NCBI GenBank assembly: GCA_964480435.1
Contig: CAYZSS010000007.1
Span: 1 to 32,000 of the forward strand
Length of the DNA stretch: 32,000 nt
Reading direction: 5' to 3'
Origin: an uncultured archaeon
GTDB lineage: Archaea > Iainarchaeota > Iainarchaeia > Iainarchaeales > 0-14-0-20-30-16
Shown here: one piece after another, positions 27,311 to 32,000 of the stretch
Numbering within the stretch: position 1 is the stretch's first letter
Layout of the letters: each line of letters begins with the position of its first letter
Position numbers and translations under genes: made by a program
The notes under the pieces: model-generated
What the model saw: only the letters and a program-made list of their open reading frames with translations
Told to the model about the DNA's origin: nothing
Database searches by the model: none

Positions 27311-28456
27311 ATGTCTGTTAGTAATTTAAATACCTTATTTCCTTTAGTTTTTCCCAAAGCAAGGCTAAGAGAAGGAATAAGTCCTACTGCTCTTGCTGAA
27401 GAATATATTGAAACAAACAGACATTTTAAAGTAGATCGACTTTTTGAAGAAGCTAAAAGGTTAATGGCAGAGAATCCAGGGATATCATATAGCGATGTAT
27501 CTAGCAAAGTAGGTATTCCATATATGACTTTAATGAAAAGATTACAAGACGAGGGTGTTGGAAATCTGTCTAAAGGCGAAAAGGGTCTAAGGGTGCTAGC
27601 TGGTCGTGGAATAGGTTCTGATGGTAAAACCAAGTATAACCAATATATAAGTAGGGATACATTTGAGAAACTTAGGTTAATTGTTGAAAGAAATGGTAAT
27701 GATTTGGCTAAGGCAAAACAAGAATGGGCAGTAATAATTAAAAATAGTTTAAGGGCTGAACATCTTTTTAAAGATATTTTTCCAGGGTATAAAGTAGATA
27801 GTATTGGTATTTCTGGTTGTTTAGAGCAATATAGCGCTTGGCTTGATTCAAATCCAGCAAGCCCAAAAAATAGATCTGCTGAAGAAAGGAAAAGAATTGC
27901 AAAATCTAATGAAGAAAACAAAAAGCGCAAGGCTGAGCTAGGTAAAAAATATAAACTACGAAAAAGAGCAAAAGAAATATGTGCTACATTTTTAGAATCA
28001 AGAGTAAAGTTAGATTCTGAAATAAATAACAAAAAATTATTTTTAAAGATTGCAAGGGAAATTTTAAATGGGGGAAATGGGGTCATTCTAAGCGAAAAGT
28101 ATAGAGTTAGCCAAATTGCAATTATCGGGGTTAGAAGAAAAATGCTGAATTATTTTTCTTCTTACAAAAGTAATCCTAAAGGCTGGCATGATAGGGGCAA
28201 TTTTTTTGCCTTACTTAGCCTAACTGATTTTTATACTACTTTTAATGATAGCTGGGTTTCTCCTGAGTATAGAGACCATATAAGGTATAGAGAAGTTGGT
28301 AGAGTGGTAAATGAAAATAAACTTGTTATTGACCCTTTATATGAAACTGTTAAAAAAGTAACTGAAAGCTCCTTTAGGCCAGCAACCCCTTTGGAATTAC
28401 AAAGGAAAAAATTTATGGGTGCGTTTAGAACTAGAGCGTTACATAGGCCAAAATAA
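27311..28456 (+). CDS. Orphan hypothetical protein (381 aa) with HTH-like segments and a basic coiled-coil-like centre
   Basis: Normal K/E-rich composition. GISYSDVSSKVGIPYMTLMKRLQ and GVILSEKYRVSQIAIIGVRRKM look like helix-turn-helix units by eye. The central RSAEERKRIAKSNEENKKRKAELGKKYKLRKRAKE is basic. A TATA-like CTTAATATTA (27278-27287) lies about 24-33 nt upstream of the ATG, and there is no SD. Confidence 0.55.
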   Translation: MSVSNLNTLFPLVFPKARLREGISPTALAEEYIETNRHFKVDRLFEEAKRLMAENPGISYSDVSSKVGIPYMTLMKRLQDEGVGNLSKGEKGLRVLAGRGIGSDGKTKYNQYISRDTFEKLRLIVERNGNDLAKAKQEWAVIIKNSLRAEHLFKDIFPGYKVDSIGISGCLEQYSAWLDSNPASPKNRSAEERKRIAKSNEENKKRKAELGKKYKLRKRAKEICATFLESRVKLDSEINNKKLFLKIAREILNGGNGVILSEKYRVSQIAIIGVRRKMLNYFSSYKSNPKGWHDRGNFFALLSLTDFYTTFNDSWVSPEYRDHIRYREVGRVVNENKLVIDPLYETVKKVTESSFRPATPLELQRKKFMGAFRTRALHRPK

Positions 28457-28767
28457 CAATATTTATATTCATTTAAATCTAATTCAGGTCTTGTATCTTT
28501 TGGTCTTATGCTTATGTTTATATTAATTATAGTTATATTATTATAATAATAGTAATTTATGTTATTCTTTGTAATATAGTGGTTTAAATCATCTGAAGTG
28601 ATAAATCCTGAAGTACAAGACCCTACATTTATAAATATATCTGTGATATTAAGATATAATAATTAACTTGTGTAAAAACATAAGTATCATAGAACTCAAC
28701 TCTTTTTTGGGTTTTTCAGTTTGAATTAAGTTCAAATATTTTTTATATTTTGTAAAAGGTGTGATAA
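28457..28767. other. Longest non-coding spacer in the window: GGTCTT repeats flank a C-free A/T-rich core, followed by the promoter/SD region of the ribosomal protein operon
   Basis: GGTCTTGTA at 28487-28495, GGTCTTATG at 28502-28510, and the inverted TACAAGACC at 28614-28622. No C on the + strand from 28512 to 28566. Also TTTGAA-N5-TTCAAA at 28720-28736, TTTTATAT at 28741-28748, and SD AAGGTG before ATG 28768. Confidence 0.5.
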
Positions 28768-29736
28768 ATGACAAGTAAACCAAATGCAGGATCAAGAGGA
28801 TTTTATCCAAGGGTAAGAGCTAAGTCAATAATACCTAAGTTTGATACCTTTAAGGATGAAAAAAATGTTTCTATACTTAACTTTTTTGGTTATAAGGTTG
28901 GAATGAACCACGTGTTTGGAACAAACAAACACAAGGGAAGCCCTTATAATGGTATAAAGGTGAAGGTACCGGTAACCATTATAGAGATACCAAAATTAAG
29001 CGTAGTTGGTATGAGGTTCTATAAGGGAAAAATAGGTAAAAAAGCCCTAAAAGAATTTATGTTTAAAAAATTCTTATCAAAGAATATAGATAAGACTAAT
29101 TCTACTTTAAGAAAAGGAAAAGACATTGACTCTAAAGAAATTGATACTTTTTATGATGCAAATAAAGCTAATATTTCAGATATAAGAATATTGGCTGAAA
29201 CAAATCCAGCAGAAGCGGGATTGCCAAAGAAGAGATCTGAAATAGTTGAATTGTATCTATCTGGATTAGTTGAAGAGCAAATTGCTTTTATTAAAGAAAG
29301 ATTAGGAAAAGGATTGTCAATTGATGATTTCTCTAAAGAAAACAACCCTTTTGATGTTAAAGCAGTTACTATTGGAAAAGGCTTCCAAGGTGTAATTAAG
29401 AGATATGGTGTAAAAAGAAGACACCACAAATCACAAAAAGGGGTAAGAAGCGTTGGATCTATTGGTCCTTGGAGCCCTCCTTTGGTAATGTGGACTTGCC
29501 CTAGACCTGGACAAATGGGATTCCACACTAGAACTATTTATAATTTAAAATATTTAGTAAAATGCGATTTTTCAAAAATGAACAAAAGCTACAAGAGATA
29601 CGGGACAGTAAATTCAGATGCAATCTTTTTAATTGGTTCAGTTCCTGGCCCAGCAAAGAGAATGATTGCTCTAAGAAGATCAATTAGACCTTTTGTAGAA
29701 ACAAAATTTGATGTTGTTGACGTAGTTTATAACTAA
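28768..29736 (+). CDS. rpl3: 50S ribosomal protein uL3 (archaeal type)
   Basis: GSRGFYPRVRA..., FFGYKVGMNHV, GKGFQGVIKRYGVKRRHHKSQKGVRSVGSIGPW, PRPGQMGFHTRT. Confidence 0.93.
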   Translation: MTSKPNAGSRGFYPRVRAKSIIPKFDTFKDEKNVSILNFFGYKVGMNHVFGTNKHKGSPYNGIKVKVPVTIIEIPKLSVVGMRFYKGKIGKKALKEFMFKKFLSKNIDKTNSTLRKGKDIDSKEIDTFYDANKANISDIRILAETNPAEAGLPKKRSEIVELYLSGLVEEQIAFIKERLGKGLSIDDFSKENNPFDVKAVTIGKGFQGVIKRYGVKRRHHKSQKGVRSVGSIGPWSPPLVMWTCPRPGQMGFHTRTIYNLKYLVKCDFSKMNKSYKRYGTVNSDAIFLIGSVPGPAKRMIALRRSIRPFVETKFDVVDVVYN

Positions 29737-29749
29737 AAGGTGAAATGAA

Positions 29750-30550
29750 ATGAAAGCAAATGTTTATGGAATAGATGGGTCAGTTAAGAAGCAAATAACT
29801 TTGCCCAAATTATTTGAAACTGAAGTAAGAGAAAGGTTGGTTAATAGAGCATATATTTCATCTTTAACTAAAAAAATACAACCAAAGGGAAATTATTATA
29901 ATGCTGGTAGAGACACTTCTGCTGAGTACTATGGTGTAAGAAGAGTAAGAGATTCTCTTATTGCTATTGGTTTCGCAAGAAAACCAAGAACAAAAAATGC
30001 AAGACACATGATACAAGGAAGAGTTGGTGGTATTGCTGGAGTTCTTGGAGGTCCAAGGGCACACCCTCCTAAACCAGAAACAGTAATTGCTGAAAAAATA
30101 AATAAGAAAGAAAGAAAGCTTGCTTTGTACTGTGCTTTAGCAGCAACAACAAAGAAAGAATTATTACTTACTAAAGGTCATATCTTTGATGATTCTCTAA
30201 GTCTACCTGTAATATTGGAAGATAAAGCAGAGGATTTGAAAAAAACTAAAGAAATATACTCAATTTTAGAAAAACTAAAGATAAATGAAGATGTAGAAAG
30301 CGCAAAAAGGAAAAAAACAATTAGAGCAGGAAAAGGAAAAACAAGAGGAAGATTATATAATAGAAAGAAATCAGTTCTTTTTGTAGTATCAGATAGTAAT
30401 GCTCCACTTGTTAAGAGCGCAAGAAACCTAGAAGGTGTTGATGTTTCTACAGTAAAAGGATTATCTGTTGAGAAATTGGCTCCAGGTGGAAAACCAGGAA
30501 GATTAGTTTTATTTACAGAAAAAGCATTAAACGCTTTGAATAAAGAATAG
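29750..30550 (+). CDS. rpl4: 50S ribosomal protein uL4 (archaeal L4/L1e type)
   Basis: MKANVYGIDGSV...LPKLFE start, basic GRVGGIAGVLGGPRAHPPK, and IRAGKGKTRGRLY. SD AAGGTGA upstream. Position between uL3 and uL23. Confidence 0.9.
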   Translation: MKANVYGIDGSVKKQITLPKLFETEVRERLVNRAYISSLTKKIQPKGNYYNAGRDTSAEYYGVRRVRDSLIAIGFARKPRTKNARHMIQGRVGGIAGVLGGPRAHPPKPETVIAEKINKKERKLALYCALAATTKKELLLTKGHIFDDSLSLPVILEDKAEDLKKTKEIYSILEKLKINEDVESAKRKKTIRAGKGKTRGRLYNRKKSVLFVVSDSNAPLVKSARNLEGVDVSTVKGLSVEKLAPGGKPGRLVLFTEKALNALNKE

Positions 30551-30558
30551 GTGTTAAT

Positions 30559-30810
30559 ATGGATACAATAATTTACCCAGTAATAAGCGAAAAAGCAGTA
30601 AACATGATTGAATCAGAAAACAAGATCTGCTTCATTGTTGATAAAAGAGCAACAAAAATAGATGTAAAGAAAGCAGTTGAAGAAAGATTTAAAGTGGGTG
30701 TTGAATCTGTAAATATGCTTAGGGATATGCAAGGCAGAAAAAAAGCAATTGTAAGGCTAAAAAAAGAATTTAAAGCTTCAGAATTAGCAAACAAGATAGG
30801 AATGGTATAA
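30559..30810 (+). CDS. rpl23: 50S ribosomal protein uL23
   Basis: IIYPVISEKAVNMIESENKICFIVDKRATKIDVKKAVEERFKVGVESVN. 83 aa. Operon position. Confidence 0.9.
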   Translation: MDTIIYPVISEKAVNMIESENKICFIVDKRATKIDVKKAVEERFKVGVESVNMLRDMQGRKKAIVRLKKEFKASELANKIGMV

Positions 30811-30879
30811 AGTAATTAGATAATTAGTATAGGTAAAGGTACTTGAGAAAGATTATTATTAGATTAAAGGTGTTTTGAG

Positions 30880-31596
30880 ATGGCAAAGAGACTAAAGCAG
30901 CAGAGAAGAGGAAAAGCAAGTCCTAAATATAAGGCTAATAAAAGTGGTGTAAAAGCCAGATATGATATTAGAAAGATTGATGATTGTAAAGCAGAAATCA
31001 TTAACTTAATGAACAATATAGGAAAGACAGCACCTGTTTCTGAATTGGTGTTGGAAGATGGAAGAAGAATGTATGTTCCTGCTGTAGAAGGCACTTATGT
31101 TTCACAAAAAATATCCGTGGGGCCATCCGCAACAGCAGAGATAGGAAATATTTTGCCTATAGGAAATGTTCCTTTGGGTTGTGTAGTATGTAATATTGAA
31201 TCAAGACCAGAAGATGGTGGAGCTTTTTTAAGAGCAAGCGGTACTTTTGGAATAATTATTGGAAAAGACGATAAAGGTGTTTATGTTAAGTTTAGATCAA
31301 AAGCAAAGAAATTGATAAGACCAGATTGTTTATGTTCAATAGGTCGAATTGCTGGTGGTGGAAGATTAGAAAAACCACTATGTAAAGCAGGAAATAATTT
31401 TTATTTAATGAGAGCAAAAGGTGGAAGAATTTGGCCTTCCGTAAGGGGTCGTGCAATGAATGCAGTTGACCACCCACACGGAGGAAGTGGACACAACTCT
31501 TCTGGAAGAAAGAAGACCGTATCAAAGAAATTCTCAGCTCCTGGACAGAAAGTAGGATCAGTAGGAGCAAGCAGAACAGGTCGTAAAAAGAAGTAA
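30880..31596 (+). CDS. rpl2: 50S ribosomal protein uL2
   Basis: GRIAGGGRLEKP, SVRGRAMNAVDHPHGGSGH, and C-terminal RTGRKKK. 238 aa. Confidence 0.93.
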   Translation: MAKRLKQQRRGKASPKYKANKSGVKARYDIRKIDDCKAEIINLMNNIGKTAPVSELVLEDGRRMYVPAVEGTYVSQKISVGPSATAEIGNILPIGNVPLGCVVCNIESRPEDGGAFLRASGTFGIIIGKDDKGVYVKFRSKAKKLIRPDCLCSIGRIAGGGRLEKPLCKAGNNFYLMRAKGGRIWPSVRGRAMNAVDHPHGGSGHNSSGRKKTVSKKFSAPGQKVGSVGASRTGRKKK

Positions 31597-31610
31597 AGAA
31601 GTGATTATTG

Positions 31611-32000
31611 ATGGCAAGAGAATTTGGTTACAAAGGGTATGATTTAGAAGGTTTAAAGAAACTGTCTTTAGAAGAACTAAAGGCAATTTTGCCTTATAGT
31701 GTAAGAAGAAAAATGACACGAGGCATAACTTTAGACAAAAAAGTAAAAAAAGCTATTGAAGAAAACAAGGCCGGAAACCCTCCAAAAAATATGGTAAAAA
31801 CACATAAAAGAGATATAATGATTTTCCCTGATATGGTTGGAATTAGATTTGGAGTATATAACGGAAAGACTTTTGAACAATTGGAAATAAAACCTGAAAT
31901 GATTGGTTATTATCTTGGAGATATGGTTTTATCAAGAAAAATGGTAACTCACGGAAAAGCAGGAATAGGAGCTACAAAATCAAGTAAGAACGTAGCCAAA
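31611..32000 (+). CDS. rps19: 30S ribosomal protein uS19, 3' end at or beyond the window edge
   Basis: Not on the ORF track because there is no stop in the window. Translation: MAREFGYKGYDLEGLKKLSLEELKAILPYSVRRKMTRG...THKRDIMIFPDMVGIRFGVYNGKTFEQLEIKPEMIGYYLGDMVLSRKMVTHGKAG. SD AGTGA upstream. 130 codons are open to nt 32000. Confidence 0.88.
   Translation, partial: MAREFGYKGYDLEGLKKLSLEELKAILPYSVRRKMTRGITLDKKVKKAIEENKAGNPPKNMVKTHKRDIMIFPDMVGIRFGVYNGKTFEQLEIKPEMIGYYLGDMVLSRKMVTHGKAGIGATKSSKNVAK

Noticed and set aside
27271-28086. 271-codon ORF on the minus strand, antisense to the 381-aa gene.
   Set aside because: Its product is Ser/Leu/Phe-rich and low in complexity, as expected when reading the complement of a Lys/Glu-rich gene. 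The antisense frame stays open because Tyr, His and Gln codons of the sense gene happen to follow A/G-ending codons. The sense product has a normal composition. I kept it only as a curiosity inside the 27137-28456 finding.
28580-28625. Possible C/D-box sRNA (CTGA twice, GTGATA) in the long spacer.
   Set aside because: No convincing C box (RUGAUGA). Only about 5 nt separate the putative C' and D elements, too short for a guide.
27094-28767. An integrated mobile element bounded by inverted repeats around the 381-aa gene.
   Set aside because: The flanks share only weak A/T-rich similarity (GAAATATATAAC versus the complement of CAATATTTATATTC). There is no recombinase and no target-site duplication. 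I kept only the softer statement that the locus looks atypical.

Overview
This 32-kb window is AT-rich and almost entirely coding, and it reads as archaeal chromosome. The evidence is an archaeal-type uL3-uL4-uL23-uL2-uS19 operon at the right edge with no S10 gene in front, two TrmB-family regulators, an archaemetzincin-like protease, a COG2521-type archaeal methyltransferase, GGTG(A) Shine-Dalgarno boxes and oligo-T tracts after genes. The small, tightly packed, hypothetical-rich gene set suggests a reduced DPANN-like archaeon, but that is inference only. At the left edge, gyrA (5' truncated) overlaps gyrB. These are followed by translationally coupled SDR, methyltransferase and histidine-phosphatase genes. 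The middle (5.9-28.5 kb) is an accessory-looking mix. It holds a DUF3892-like protein, a SemiSWEET, a RelA/SpoT-type HD hydrolase homologue, a B12-type radical SAM enzyme, an isochorismatase-like hydrolase and two Cys-rich proteins. It also holds a mini-ORF + DNPH1-like + YdeN/RBBP9-like hydrolase run and two type II toxin-antitoxin pairs (MazEF-like, RelBE-like) that bracket a GNAT and unknown genes. Further right are a CysK/CBS-fold protein lacking the PLP lysine, two paralogous TrmB regulators each divergent from a solute-binding-protein gene (one with a complete NMT1/ThiY/SsuA-type ABC importer), DUF2000, MazG-like and MFS genes, and a VIT1/CCC1-like gene broken by a frameshift at an A6 tract. 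The region ends with a methyltransferase + UbiA-like pair, an archaemetzincin-like + cupin pair, and an orphan 381-aa protein followed by the longest non-coding stretch (311 bp). I recognised no rRNA, tRNA, CRISPR array, transposase or integrase. The best leads are: (1) the lysine-less PLP-fold protein and its TrmB/ABC neighbourhood; (2) a 25-bp block conserved in both TrmB divergent promoters; (3) the RelA/SpoT-like HD protein with an unknown Cys-rich C-terminal half; (4) the orphan 381-aa locus plus the repeat-flanked A/T-rich spacer; (5) the mini-ORF/DNPH1-like/hydrolase run. All family calls come from motif recognition by eye; no database search was possible.
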